Assembly: GCA_002633005.1 (NCBI GenBank)
Contig: NMRA01000735.1
Coordinates: 62,001-126,000 of the forward strand
DNA: 64,000 bases
From: Phoronis australis
Taxonomy: Eukaryota; Animalia; Phoronida
Direction: 5' to 3'
A model generated the notes under the pieces. The model did not search any database and had not been told where the DNA came from. It saw only the letters and a list, made by a program, of their open reading frames with translations. This document shows positions 13,849-27,899 of this stretch, piece by piece. Made by a program: the position numbers and the translations under genes. The stretch's first letter is position 1; every line of letters begins with the position of its first letter.

Positions 13849-14729
13849 ATTGTTGAATATCTATTTTGCGCGAAAATTTCGTCGCCCTCTCCCAGTGTTC
13901 AGAGACTACAGCTGCAAGTCTATGGAGCACGGGTGAAATAACTCAAGCCTTGAGTCTGACGTCTCCTTTTCATTCATAGAGACGCTATTGCAGTTTTTGT
14001 CTTTGAAAATCGGCTGACTACGACGAACCTTGCGCGTGAACCGGTCAGTTATCAATAGAAGGAGCCAGGCAATTCAGTTACATGTAGGTGGGGGAAATTA
14101 TTTTGCAGTATGTTCAAAACGTCGCAACATGTGATTTGTACCCATTGGAACATTTGTATTTTGAGATTTTTTCACTCTACTGTTGTACCTCAATCTGCAC
14201 AACACAAGTGTCTTTCATTTTGTGTCTTAGTTTATGACGACTGTAATTACATATTTATTGCTTTGGACTTCATTTTCCGGGAATTGATTGGTCAAAGGCA
14301 TGGTCGACTTTTGGAATTTACCCAGTTAAACATATGTACTGGCGACCATTTGAAGTCAAAATAAAATTATGTCAAACCACTTTCATCTGTCTCATTATTG
14401 CTGCTCTTCTTTCTCCCGTGGATGTCGTTGGCTGCAAGTTTGTATTTAGATCATTTTCAAAACCCAACTGGTACGATATTAAAGAATCGTTCATGTAATA
14501 CTGTTGAAGTCTAAAAAGGCTATGTTGTAGACATCCTTTGTATGGGCCAGCAAAGACAGATACCAAAGAGCTGATGAACTGTCTGCCACAAGTGGGCTGA
14601 GGAGTAACTTCTAGGACTGAACAATTGAATGGAGCAGAAGTTACATGTAATTCATCAAATCGTTCTGATATTTCAAAACCTTAACTTGAGCTGCCAGCTC
14701 AATTATCACTTACAAAAAAGAACTTACCC

Positions 14730-14925
14730 TTTTTGCTGAAAACTTAAGTTTTTGGTGGAAAAACTTAAGTTTTTGAGGGAAAATTTAAGTACTTAATAAA
14801 ATTTCCATTTTTAGAAGAAACTTAAGTTTTTTAAAACTTTAGGTTTTCCCCAAAAACTGTTTTCAGAAAACTTAACTTTTTTGAAGTATGAAACTTAAGT
14901 TTTCACAAATAATCTTAACTTTCAT
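14730..14925. repeat. ~21-bp minisatellite with palindromic core AAAACTTAAGTTTT
   Basis: About 8 diverged copies of AAACTTAAGTTTT. Confidence 0.75.
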
Positions 14926-15173
14926 GTATTATAACTTTGTGTTTTTACGAAAACGTGATCCTCAAGGTGGGATGGTTTATTTTCTGACTTGTGTAGACTC
15001 CCCCATCTAACAATAACACAATTTATACAGTTTGAAGACAGAACCGAGAGTAATCAATCTCACACGATAAGAAGTAACAACCAGACCCCGACAAGTTGCA
15101 ATAAAAGAACACCAAGCCAAAACTTTAGTGAACTCCTAGCCTCGACGTCAAAAAACCTTTAAAACAACCGACA

Positions 15174-15810
15174 ATGGACGCCATGTTGATAGGGAAGGGA
15201 CAAAATATCACCATGAAGACTCCGTCGTCGAAAGATGAGCTAAAAGAGGCACTCGTGGACTTAGATATCTACTCACTGTTTACAAACATGATGAAGACCT
15301 TAACTGACGCTGGCTTGTCTGAAATGTGTAAAGCACTCGAGCTTCAATACGATCAAAAGATGGTTTAAAAGGACAAAAATTAACAACACTTGAAAATCAA
15401 CTCGAAAAGCTGAAGCAAAAAAGTGGCTCTCAAATACACAGATTGATTGGATGAGCTTGAGAGAACACATTGTTATTGGCTTAGGAAAAGAGTTGGTGCT
15501 ACCATTGAGAAGTCTGACATATGTCGCGATCATAACATAGGTAAAAAATCCAAAATAATGCCAAGACGATTTCAATTATAATTAAAGTTACGAATTACAA
15601 TGCAAGAGCCGAATTCATGAAAAATAAAAAGATACTGAAAACTGAGGCCGGCAAGATTTACGCAAACAGAATCTCACCAAAAAACGAGCGCAGCTTTACA
15701 CGGCTTGTAGAGATCTAAAGGCATGGACATGTGATGGAAGAAATTATTACATCAACTGGGCCAATAAAATCAAACCGGTGGACAGCATGGAAGATTTGCA
15801 GGTTACCTAA
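15174..15810 (+). pseudogene. LINE ORF1 remnant
   Basis: C-terminal block IIKVTNYNARAEFMKNKKILK...KIYAN..LTKKRAQLYTACRDLKAWTCDGR is typical of invertebrate L1/CR1 ORF1; stops and frameshifts present. Confidence 0.7.
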
Positions 15811-16786
15811 CTCTCGCTTAGCTCAAAATTATACAGGCAAGCCAGAATATAGTACAATAGTGCAATAGGTTGCAACATTGTATTCAGAAAACGGTAAGAT
15901 TACTCACTTATGTTCCGTAGTCTGCACGAAAGACAATTGAATTTCCTTTTTCCATTAAGTTGATTAAGTTTTACGGTAATTCCAATGTTTCACATTATCC
16001 ATTTAACTTTTAACTGCTTTTGTACTCCATGTGCAATTCCCAAACTACAAGTGTAGCGTACCATAATTGTCACCTACATGTACTTGGGACCCTGTTTAGA
16101 GACTTCCCGTACTTCCGGTAGCCATTACTACAGTGTATGTATATGATGATTAGCTTATTTTTCCTTCATGTTATAACAAAGTTGTGACCAAAATATCGTC
16201 TTCACAGCTAACATATGCAGTACCTGCTTCTCAGGTTATGCCAAAGTTTGTGACAACCGTGTCAGGTAGTTTTGTTTTTGTTGCTGTTCTATGTTGTTCT
16301 ATTTTGGTCTAAGCTGAGCAATCTATCTGGGGGGGAGGGCTATTTACATGTATGAGAGGCCTCTGTATTGCGTGTAGGCACAGAGTACAAGCAACCTTAT
16401 TATTAATTTGTGTGATCTGTTTGCTCAGTGCTGGTCTCCCGACAAGTCCCAGACGCATACTATAGAGCCAAATCACTTTATTGAAAAGTACTGATCCTTA
16501 AATTTCGTTCTACTTGTTTTTTATGAGAACCGTGTGGGCAATGTTTTTAAATGTTATTATAGCCTCATTATCAAAAATACTGGGAGAATAAGCCTCACCA
16601 TGAGGATCAGGTTCCGTTTGGTTTCTATCCTGTTATGATGTTGTACTCCGTGAAATCTACGATGTGCTTGTGGGTTTGTTTGTATTGTTTTTCTTTTGTT
16701 TTGAGTGTACATGTATGTCGTGTGAATGAGTTAGGATTGTACCACTAATTTTGATTGAAATTTGATATATATATGCATAACCGTTA

Positions 16787-19700
16787 ATGTCAGGTGAATT
16801 TAAAGTAACCTCACTGAACTGCAGAGGGCAGGATCTCCGCGAAAAACGAAAAGATATTCTCAGATACTTACATGTACATGTTGGAGAAAAACAGTACTCC
16901 ATTTATTGCCTACAAAACACACACTTTACAGAGCGAAGAATATTAGATAAATGTGTGGAGATGAATGTTTTTTTTCAATTCAAATACCTCATACTCCCGC
17001 GGATTGGCGATCCACTTTAGGAACATTTTTGAGTATAAATTACATAGCATTAGGCACGATTACAAGGGTACTGAACTAATTTTGGGTATTACTATTAATG
17101 AGACAAGAGTAACGTTAATTCATACGTATTATCCAAATAGGGACTCGCCGTCTTTATGGAAGAATAAAACAAGATATTCAAGATATAGGAAATTACTCTG
17201 TTATTTGGGTAGGCGATTTTAATCTTGCTCTAAGGAAACGCTTAATTATCGACAGGTTCATTAACCGAAGTCACGGAATAAGTTGATGGAGATTTTTACA
17301 GAATTGTCTATTGCTGATACATGTATGTGGCGGGAACTATACTCCAACAGTAAAGAATACACTTGGGGATTTGGAAGTAAACGATCCAGACTAGATTTTT
17401 TTCTAATATCTGAAAACCTTTTAGCCGACATTGACGACTCCATAATAGAATTTGGTTACCGGTCCGATCATTCAATGGTAATGTTTTTTTCAAAGTGATG
17501 ATTCCACGAAAAGGAAATCATTTTGGAAGTTTAATAACTCTCTCCTAAAAACTCTGAATATATTGCTGCAGTCAAGGATACTGTTAAATTAGTTAAATAA
17601 CAGTATATAACTAACGACATTGAGACAGTTAATAGTACAAGTAATTCAGATTTACAAGTGTCCATAAATGATCAACTTTTGCTTGAAACGTTGTTCATGG
17701 AGATTCGCGGCAAAATAGTTTCTATTGCTACTTACTTAAAAAAGAAAAGTGGTAGAGATCAAGAGCATTTTATCAAAGAAATAACATTGTTCTAAAAAAT
17801 TTTAAGCCTTGATAGGGAACTACTGGAACAAAACATAATCGACTTCCCGAGCTAAGGCAAAGTAAGTTTAGAGGTATTATGACTAGGTCGACGGCAAGAT
17901 GGATTGAAGAGAGTGAAAAACCTTAGAAATATTTTCTTTACCTGGAAAATAGGAATTACAAAAGTAATCGTATGCATTTTTATGGAAGTATGACAATACT
18001 AAATTCAAAAGTGAAGAAGAGGTTAATCAGGAAACCAAAATTTTATTTTGAAAATCTATACAAGTATACACATTCTAACAATACTGCTTTAAAAATCTTC
18101 TCGATAAGGTTGGTGTATCCAAACTGAAAGAAAAATTAAGGTCTTCTTACATACATGTATGGAGAAGTCACACTATGCTTGTCAAAGTGAAAAAGAACAA
18201 GAGCCCAGGCTCTGATGGTTTTTCAGTGGAATTTTGAATTTTTTTGGGCTGACATTGGACATGACTTTGTTCGCTCACTTAATATAGGTTTTGCTGTTGG
18301 CCAGTTGACATTAACACAGAAAGAGTGAGTGATTACGTGCAACCTTAAGGGAGCAGATAAAAGTAAACATTATTTGAATAGCTGGAGACCCATATCTTTA
18401 CTCAATGTGACATATAAATTGGCTTCTTCGGCTGTGGTTGAACGGTTGAAATCCGTTTAAGAAAATCTAGTCAGTAAGGATCAGACAGGTTTCGTTTCTG
18501 GAAGAAATATGAACGAAAATATCCGCGTGCTATATTATTTAATGTTTTACGCCCAGGCAGCCAACAAACCAGGATTGCTTTTACTGATTGATTTTTAGAA
18601 AGCATATGATTCATTGTTGTGGAATGTTATTTAAAAAATATCTTTCCTTAATTTTGGTTGGTTGATCAGAAGGCGGTGAAAGTCTTTTACAGTAATGTGT
18701 ACTCCTGTGTTAGAGTAAATGGTCACCCATTTTTCTTTTTCAATATTTTGCGTGGCTGTAGGCAAGGTAAACCTTTGTCTCCCTATATTATCATATTGTG
18801 CAAGGAGATTTTGACGTATTTAATCAAGAATAATGAAAAAATATTGCTTGTGTAGTTGCAGGAAAAAAAGAATTTTTGATTTTGCAACATGCAGATGACA
18901 CATCCATTACGTTGGATGGGCCGACCTTGTCATTGACTAGCACAATGAATGGTCTAAATTTGTTTGCTAGTGTCTCCGGTCTTCAAGTGATTGTGGATAA
19001 AAGAAAAGCCATATGGCTTGGAAGTAAACCCGGTAGTGATGACGTGATTCCTACAAAAGAAAGTCTGTCTTGGACAAAAACAATCTTTTAGATTTTTGGG
19101 GGTGGATTTTGACACCCAATTGGATAGTATGAAACATAAGAACTTCAATGCAACAATAACTGAGAATATGTCTTTATTAAATTATGTCTTTATTAAAATT
19201 CAACGCCGTTTGATAGAGTAACTGCAATTAAAGCATTAGCTATTTCTAAACTTGATTTTTGTTGCCAAGCTTACCAAATCTACCAGTAAAAGTCTTGGAT
19301 GAATTGAATACGACATTTTTTTAGATTTGTATGACAGGCTCGTAATGAAAAAATAAACAAACTACTGCCTGTTTAGGACTTGATCAAGGGGGACTTCAAA
19401 TGCTTAATATGCATACTTTCAGCAAAGCTTTAAGACTCGCCATTGCCCGTAGATATCTTGAAAGGCCGGTGTATAAAAGTGGTGAATTACCTTACTCACT
19501 CTACCCTTTCTTAAAGAATTTTGCCTCATTTGGAGATGACATTATTAAATCGAATTTAACTCTAATTGTTAATTCCTACTTCCGCGACGTATATGGAAGG
19601 ATCATATTGTATATTTCTATCAGAAAATAATTGTTGCGAGTAAAGAGGACTTTTTGAATCAACCTTTGTGGTTTAATAGTATCTTGGCGATCGGAGACTC

Positions 19701-20505
19701 AAGTGTTTTTTATAAGCCTTGGTTTGCTAAAGATTTTTTAGAGATATGTAAACCTCTGACGGCGATTTCGTAAAGTTGAACCATATGAAAAATGGGTTCG
19801 ATGTTAAAACCAACTTTGTAGAATATAAGGATGTTTTTGTTCTAAGAAGGTTTCAAAAAGCTTATTTCATAGTAAATTTAAAAGTGTTAATGTCTACTAT
19901 CCGTGCATGCCTTTAGCAATTACTCACTTACCGGAAAAACTTGAAGTGCTGTAGACATATTTGTTCAGTTTTTAATGCCGTTAAGAAACCTTCTAAGTCT
20001 GAGTGTAACTCGGAAACAGAGTTAGGAGATAGTTTAGATTGGAAGAAAATATGGGTATTGCCTTATGAAATTACAAAGGATCCGAACATTAGATGGTACA
20101 AATTTAGAATGCTACACAGGATTATGCAACAAATACATGTACCTTTTAGTCAAAATCCGTGTCTGAAATTCTAATTTATGTTCCTTTTGTAATTAATCTC
20201 CAGAGACGTTGTCACATCTTTTTTGGGAATGTCGCCTTGTACAAGATTTCTGGAAGGAATTCGGAAAGCTCCTTCAAAAGTGTCGCATTCAGCTTCCCAA
20301 ATGTCTCTCTTGCGAACGTGTTGTTCTTGGACTTTATGAGACGCACGATTTTCTTTTTGACATTTTGCTTCTACTAGCAAAGCAATACATTTACAAGGAG
20401 AGGTGTCACAAAAATATACCTAATTTTCACAAGTTCGTAACATATACTTATGAGTGCTATAATGATGAAAAATTAATTGCATATAAAAACTTTGTAAATA
20501 TATAG
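16787..20505 (+). pseudogene. L1/Tx1 ORF2 remnant (APE endonuclease, reverse transcriptase, C-terminal zinc knuckle)
   Basis: EN motifs SLNCRG, CLQNTH, GDFN, YTW...SRLDFF, SDH; RT motifs KSPGSDGF, WRPISLLNV, LIDF*KAYDS, RGCRQGKPLSP, QHADD; C-terminal SHLFWEC; many stops and frameshifts. Confidence 0.92.
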
Positions 20506-21267
20506 ACGCTGAGGTTGGCCAGTAATGAAATATTTTTTTCTATATAAACACTTTGTATATGACACCTTCTCAGCGAAATGGGAATATTTCATTGTTCACG
20601 TTAACTCCATGTAGAAGTTGTTTGCTATATATACGAGATACGAGAATGGTGTTTTCTGAGGTGTGTATGCGTCAATAAATAGAAGTACGTATTTGCTGAT
20701 TTGTTTTTTTGTACTTTTTGTAAATGATAACAAATACCTGAAAAAAAACAAAAAAATCAGTTTTTCGTTCGTTCAAATCTGAAGTTTTCTGAAAACTATA
20801 TTGGTGATCAAAATATTTTTTTCAAGTTTTGAAAGTTTGATTATTTTTTGATATTTGATCTATGGTGTTCGACTTTTCTCACTTTTCCCCCAAAAATGTA
20901 GTTTGCTCAGGCAAACCAATAACTTAATTAACATGCATCCATGCATAATGAACAAATTTGTTGCAAGGAGTAATTCCTTAACATTGATATAAACACAAAT
21001 CATAAAACAACAAAACCTTAGTTGGTTCGAAGACTTCACAGGGCTTCGTCAATTTAAATTTAGACGTACATCCGCAAACCAACAGCCGTATGAAAATGCA
21101 CCGAAAGCTCCATCCCATGAGCCACTTACCTGATCAGATTATTGTCAAAAATATCACTCACGCTATTTTGAACAAAATGTATTTTTGGTGCAAGCATACA
21201 TTATGGACAGCATGTCCTATAGTGCGCGTTTCCTTTGTCTTAATTTGTGTTCGTAAGGCAGTTTCTA

Positions 21268-21356
21268 CCGGAAGTCGACTGTTTGAATACTTCTTTTGAG
21301 AGTTGAAGACAATAACGCGACATTCTGTGAGAATTAGCTGTGACGTCACCGGAAGT
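21268..21356 (+). promoter_or_regulatory. Candidate ETS/CRE promoter element
   Basis: CCGGAAGT at 21268-21275, and TGACGTCA (21341-21348) directly abutting CCGGAAGT (21349-21356); could belong to a transposon. Confidence 0.35.
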
Positions 21357-22714
21357 AGGGCAACAGTTTGTTGTTTGGTCATTTGCCCAATAAGTTAGCA
21401 AAGTGTATTCTGTTCAGTTTACTTCGAATTTTTAATCTTTTAATGTGAATAATGCTAAACAAGCATTGCTCTTAAGCGAAATGTAACTCCGATGTGCGCT
21501 ACAGTACGTCCCATCGCGTTCTGTAATAATTTCGTCCCGTGTGTTTTAAAGGGATGGCAGGCGATATCTGCTCACTGATTAAGAGTTTGCACCTACTCAA
21601 AAATACATTTTACACTTAAAACAATCACTTAAAATGAGTTGACTTTCTTCAGTAATCTTTTCAACTTGATATCTTCGGTGAAACATAGCTATGAATATTA
21701 AGTGACTTTGGAGAAGAATTCCAACTCCACTTTTGTTGGTTACAGTTAACATTTCCCCCGGCTTCGCGATAACCATAAAGTATTTGAAATGAGTCAAGTG
21801 AGTATGAGGCAAAGACTAGCGCGAGACTGAGCGAAGCGCGTGACCTGGCGTGCGACACTTGTAAAATAGCATGGGAAGATATCAAGTGAAAATTGTGAGA
21901 TTTGTGTCCCTTGGACTTTTTGTTCGTCAAAAGGTGTGATTTCACCTGACTGCCTCAAAATGGTGCCCGGTGAGAAACTAGAGCGAAACGCCAGATTTTC
22001 ATGGATACATATAAGTTCAAGATGTTTGTTGACTAAATTTTATCCAGAGTCATGTTGGGTGTTAATAACAACTGTACCTTTATATATGCATGTTTTATTT
22101 GCTGTATTTTAAAATGAGTAACTTTTATGGGGATATACATCTGTATTATCGCCCCCGTAAGAAAGCGGCATTGAGGCTAAGTCCGGGTCGAGTTCAAATT
22201 TCAGTCCGTACATGTACACAGCTTCGCAGCACATAACAAGTTCACATTTTCTTCGTCCGCAGTTATTTCACGATGCATCTACCATCTCTTTAGTTGTGTT
22301 AACGTTTTAAGAGTAAAATTGTCGAAAAGAACTCAAGTAAGATTTTGCGTGTGTCGCAAAACCTCGGTGCAAAACAAGGGCAGTACGGTGGGGGTATTGC
22401 TCTACTTACGCTGACGTCATATTGAATAACTGGAAACTTGCAAGTGAACTATTTTGTAAGCGATGGTCAGCTTCGAAGGAAACAATGTTTGTCGGATACT
22501 AGTACCCTAAATGGAATAACCCGGAGTATGCCACAGGATACTCCAGTGAACTCTCTCAAGTCAACATGTTCACTACTGTTACGCGCAGAAAAACTTGCGT
22601 AACTGCAATCTGATTGAACCGAATTATTCAACACAAATAACGAAAGCCTGCCTGATCTAACTGAGGGCGGAGTACGTGAATTCGAATTTTTCCGGGCTGT
22701 GGAATAATAGTATT

Positions 22715-23700
22715 TATAATAATAACCCTTGTTTATAGAGGATAAAATATATTATAGGTTATATAAAAACGCTTTAGCCATGGGCTCACAGCATGGTCCT
22801 CTCCAGGAAAAATTAAAATAATTTACAATAGAAAAATATAACAAAGTAAGTTACATTAAATTAAAAAGAGCATTTTACAAATTGGGTTTTAATTCAAAAA
22901 TTGAGTTTAGAGACTGAAGTAAAAATAAATAATACATTAAATCATTAAATAAATTAAAGAAGTAAATTAAATGAATAAATAAATTAAATTTAATCAATTA
23001 AAACTTTTTATATGGTATCTACATTGAAGTGACAAAAGGAGGGACAGCTAAGATGACCATAGGTAACTGATGCGTTTGTGCCAGAAATCACCATAGCCGT
23101 CAGTCTCCTTTAGAATATTTGGCAAGTCGTTCCACTGTTGAATGGCTTGAATAAAAAAGTTCTAAGAGTAAAAAGAAGTTCTGTGTTTAGGCAAAAAAAA
23201 TGTTTGAAGTAGAAAATCTTGTCGTGATTTGGGGTCTATTTCGAACAAGTACTAGGTTACGAGATAAATAAGTTGGTACATTTGTTTGTGCAGTACAGCT
23301 GGAATTGCCAGAATAAGTTCTAAATCACTTCTAGTAAGGCGTTGCTCTGTTGCAATACTCTTGCATTTTGTTCTGCATTATAAATTACCATTTTCTTATC
23401 AGCACACCAGGCAGCAACTTTATCCAAATCAGACTGAAGTCTGTTCTTTACCTTGACCAGTGAGTTTGCCACAACTGCCAAAGTAGAATCATCTGTATAC
23501 ACGTCAACCGTCTTTACGCAGACTAAAGAAGGATCATTTATAAAAAAGTAAAAGCAGCAGAGATTTCACGATGGAGACCTTGGGGACACCCTGCGTGATA
23601 CGTGGGGACCCTGACAGACGTCCACCTAGGGATACAACCTAGTACATGTACCTCTCTGAGAGGAACCATTGAAACCAGTCTAGCGAAACCTTGCCTACCG
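22715..23700 (-). mobile_element. 5'-truncated CR1/L2-type LINE
   Basis: Minus strand reads ITQGVPK...LLLLLFINDP and YTDDSTL...RLQSDLDKVAAWCADKKM; the 3' end is AAACAAGGG(TTA)n near 22715-22735. Confidence 0.8.
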
Positions 23701-25794
23701 TGTACGTAAATTCACAGTTTCCTTAAACGTACATGTATATTGAGATCAACAAGGTGAATTTTTTATTAAATTCCAAATGTAAGATACTTCACGTTTGTTT
23801 GCTCCGTGTGGCTCATGGTCACGTGTATATTCATGGCTGAATAGACTAAATGTAATTTGCATGTGACCTGACCCTCATTTGAGTATGAACTGTTGTGTGC
23901 TGACTCGATTTACTCACATTGTTGCAGTGCATATTTGGCGTCAGTGAGGAGAGCCAGGAATCGGCACTATTGAGGTATTTTTCGTGGTATTTTCGTATAT
24001 GGTATTGCCGAATTTGCATTTTGTCTGTATCTGTGAGGTTTGCTATGCATTTTGTTTTTTATTTTTTGAACTGAAACAGAGAAGAACTGTGAGAATGTCA
24101 ATGTGAAATGTTTCACGTCTCTCAATAAAGCACTCTTAAACGGTGTTAACTCCTCTTGACTTGCCAACACTCACACCAAAAATACACCAACGTTGTTTCC
24201 CTATCCACACCCTGAGCCCACCCGTTTCCATTATCAATGAGGGCAGTTTCGCAGGAGTGGACAGTTCAGAAACCGGAATGACAGGCAACTACTTAGTCAT
24301 GCTCAGTCAAAATAAAGATTATAGTGAACATGCTTCTACAGCAGTTTAGATAAGACCGACAATAGTAGTACATGTATGTAGCGAAAGGTTGCAATATTCA
24401 TAATTCATATTTTCAGATTCAGCACGAGTTTTAGTAAAATCAAAGCATTCAGTGTGGTTGGGAATGTGATAGTTAGTCTTGGTCAGTTTGACCTAGATGT
24501 GAGTTGAGTTGAATATAAACTGTCTGAAATGACCTTCTCATGCTCCTATTCCGTGAAGAAACTTGCTTGGAACCTCAATACATCATCACTGGGAATGTCA
24601 TCCTGTGACGAGATTGGTCAGAGTAGGTTACAGGATATAATAATTTTTATTTTTACTGTAAAGGAGATAATAATCTTATTCTTACTATAAACTATTATGG
24701 TTATGTAAGACCTCTTGTGAAGACCATGACAGTATCTGTACACCGGATAAGTTTCCCTGTAAATGGGTTAATTTTGAAATGTCTTGAATCTATAGCATAC
24801 TGTTGTGTTTGCTTCTATCTCTTCGTTGTTTTCAGGTCTTTATTAACTTGGCGGAGTACTTAGAAGAATTTGACACCCAACCATATGCATCGGGACAATC
24901 ACAACAGTTGTGGTATTGGGCTGTGTACAGCCACGTTGCAAGTAGAGCTTCATATGTTTCATTGTTCAGTTAAAAATAGTTCTGCAAACAAGGTTTGATT
25001 TTGAAACAATATAAAATCTCCTTTGTTTGGCCACTGTATTTGCAAGCTTTAAGTAGTCCACAAATTATTGTTGCCATTTGTTTAAGCCAACATAGAGCTC
25101 TTTGGTTTTGATATAAATATGTGTATGCAAAGGTATGATTGTGGAATTAAATTGCTAGTTTTTACTCTGGTTGTGCCTGTTGAATCTCCATGTAACATTA
25201 CTAAAGGGACATTCCAGTTCTTTGCTCGAGACTGCTAGTAAGAAATACGAGTAGCACTGTTCATTATCTTGTGTTGTACATTGCCTTATCAGACGTAAAC
25301 AAAGAAGAGTTCGTAAAGTAATGGGAATTGAAGTTTATCGCAGCTGCCATCAGTTTCATTACCTGATCATTATTTCCCCTTAGGTTTAGATTGTCACACA
25401 ACTTCAAATAAAAACCTCCAAAATATTTTATCTGGTTAGCCTGGAGTTCAAATTTCATTAAGTTTTGTTACATGCATACTCTGTTCTAGATTTTGATTCA
25501 AGTCATGTTGAATAATTTTTTTGCAAGACGTGGCTGTGAATCCAGGGTTTAAACTCTATTCAAAATTCAACTGGAAAACTGATCTAATGCTGTCCATGCT
25601 TGGAGAAAACTTGCATACTTGTACTTGAGATCTGGAGTGTGATTGGTTCAATTTGAGTCTTGAGTTCGACGACTAGTTTCAAGGCTCTGTACATACATGT
25701 ACTTCAGTTTTAAAGATTTATGTTGCATTAACAACACCATAAATAACCTGCAAGGTGACTTGTTTCAAACTGGTAGCGTTTTCCCGACAGTTAA

Positions 25795-26679
25795 TGTCAG
25801 ATGCTTGACTGTGGGTTTGTTTAAAAGGTAGCTATGCTTTGAGATTGTGCGTAGATGGAGAGAGAATAATCAAATCCAGTAATTAATTTATTATATGATA
25901 ACCCCTAATTAGACAAATGAAACCTATCGTTAATTAAGTAATCAAATACAAAGAGTAACTACACTAGCGCCATCTTTAAAGATTACTTTAATCAAACAAC
26001 CAAAACGATCAAATGTCTTATCTGCTATCCAAGCTAGGACTCTGCACTTGTTGGATGTCTGTCCTGTTGGTGAATCTTCGAACTACACACACTGTATAGC
26101 GACAGTGTACTTGCTGGTCACCGTCTCTGGTGATGCAACACTTGCAGGCAATTTCTTCTACCCGCAACTCTTCCTGCTGGTTACAGTCTCTGGCTGATGA
26201 CGCAACACTTCAGGTAGTATCTTACTACTCACAATGCAAGTGACAAGCTCTTAGTTCCTGTTCGTTAACCCTTGCCCTTGCCAAGATCCTTTCTAGAATC
26301 TTCCACGAGATGGCACTGTCGTAAAATTGCTTCTGTACACTGTAGCAAGTCCTTTTGCTTCAACTACTATAGCGGATCTAATTATCTTGTTGATTTCAGC
26401 CCATAATATAGCATTCTACTTATTTAGTGATTGGCTAATAAAAACCACATGATCATATCCACTCATATTATTGGCTGTTACAATTTGTTCTCAGAATATT
26501 CTAGAATCTCTAGAGTACTTTGACCCCAGAACCCAAAGTTGTAAACACCATCTAAAAATAGATGTTGACGTTAAAATACATGTCAACAAGTCTGACCCCA
26601 TGAGTACATATGCTCAAATTTTGGGCAACTTAAAATGGATCTATTTTTACTAATTACTTAATCAATATTTATTCTGACA
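25795..26679 (-). mobile_element. Solo LTR (885 bp)
   Basis: TGTCAGA...TCTGACA perfect 7-bp terminal inverted repeat flanked by a 5-bp TSD GTTAA (25790-25794 and 26680-26684). A minus-strand AATAAA near 25890 gives the orientation; short internal repeats at 26110-26215. Confidence 0.8.
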
Positions 26680-27899
26680 GTTAATAAATTTTGTTGTCTT
26701 TATTGCGCAGTGTGGTTTTAACAATCATTGGAAATGGACGGATACCCAGACAACACAAAGTACGCACTTATGAACTTCAGTTTATGAACCTAAGAATTCA
26801 GTAATGTGATCTCAGAAATGCACATTTGTAGTCACAGACATACATGTAGGGTTATTTGCCTATTTAGCGAAGCGAGCATACACAGCTAAATGAGATTTAG
26901 TTTCTTGTGGTGTAGCTTAGATATTTGTATGAGGTAGCTGTAAAATTACAAAAAAGTGAAGTACTTCGTATTCAAATGTCTACGATTTCTAATTTTTACC
27001 TCGTACAACCAGATTGTACTTAAGGTTACTTTTACAGAAACTTGTTTGCGCCATGCAGTAAATAGGATTTACTCTTTCTAAGATTGTTGACAGAAATGAA
27101 ACTCTGTCATTAAAAGTTATATTTTGAACAGTTGAATATCATGATGACTAATGCTAGGCATTATTTCTAGCCGACAGATTGCGAAGAAAATCTAACCGTA
27201 CTTTCCCAAAATCACATCTCTGACCCTTGCCCACAAGCTTTCATTTACCTGTTTCGTTTTATGCATGCTCTTCTCTTTGGGGATATTCTTTGCTTTTTGC
27301 TGTTATTGTTGTAATTTTAGAAGGAAAAATCTGTGCTTATGAAGCACACACTTTTGTTGTAAAACATACTAACCATGCATTGACTTTTATCTTTCTCTGT
27401 AAATACATTCCTTTTCGATGCCCCAATTTTCATAGAATGAGAAAATTGCATGTATGAATATATGGTTAGCCTGATAAATTTTCACTGCATTGTATTTATG
27501 ACCTTTCAACTGACTTTCGAAATATTTTTGTTTTTTCAGGTTCTTGTATTTCATGCATGCTCAATTAAAATGCATAACGCCAAAAACAGATGATCTGTTA
27601 GAAAAGTGTAACAGTGTTTATAAGATCTCAATTTGGAATCTCTATCAAATGAAAAGTGATGATTTCATTGACACATGACACAAGTATTCATAGATAGGTG
27701 AACAGTCAAAGTTCAAAGTTTAGGTCTTCTTCTTTTAATCAGTTATAGTCTATTGCTGTTTAAGTACGCAGACCTGTCATTACCGTCCAACGAAACTTTA
27801 AAATCAACAATTTCATATAAACAGACGAACAGAAAATCTCACCAGTCGATCGTATGTCAAATTAGGTCACTTCCAAACACTATCTGACGATGTGATAGT

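Larger units (their letters stand above)
14950..20757 (+). mobile_element. Near full-length, inactivated L1/Tx1-clade non-LTR retrotransposon
   Basis: ORF1 remnant, ~1 kb inter-ORF spacer, EN-RT-zinc-knuckle ORF2 remnant, short 3' UTR and A-rich tail at 20741-20756; the 5' boundary is approximate. Confidence 0.9.

Noticed and set aside
14930-20775. Target-site duplication for the L1/Tx1 element
   Set aside because: No convincing direct repeat was found at the two ends
23890-24340. Second solo LTR (TG...AATAAA...CA)
   Set aside because: No terminal inverted repeat or TSD could be matched
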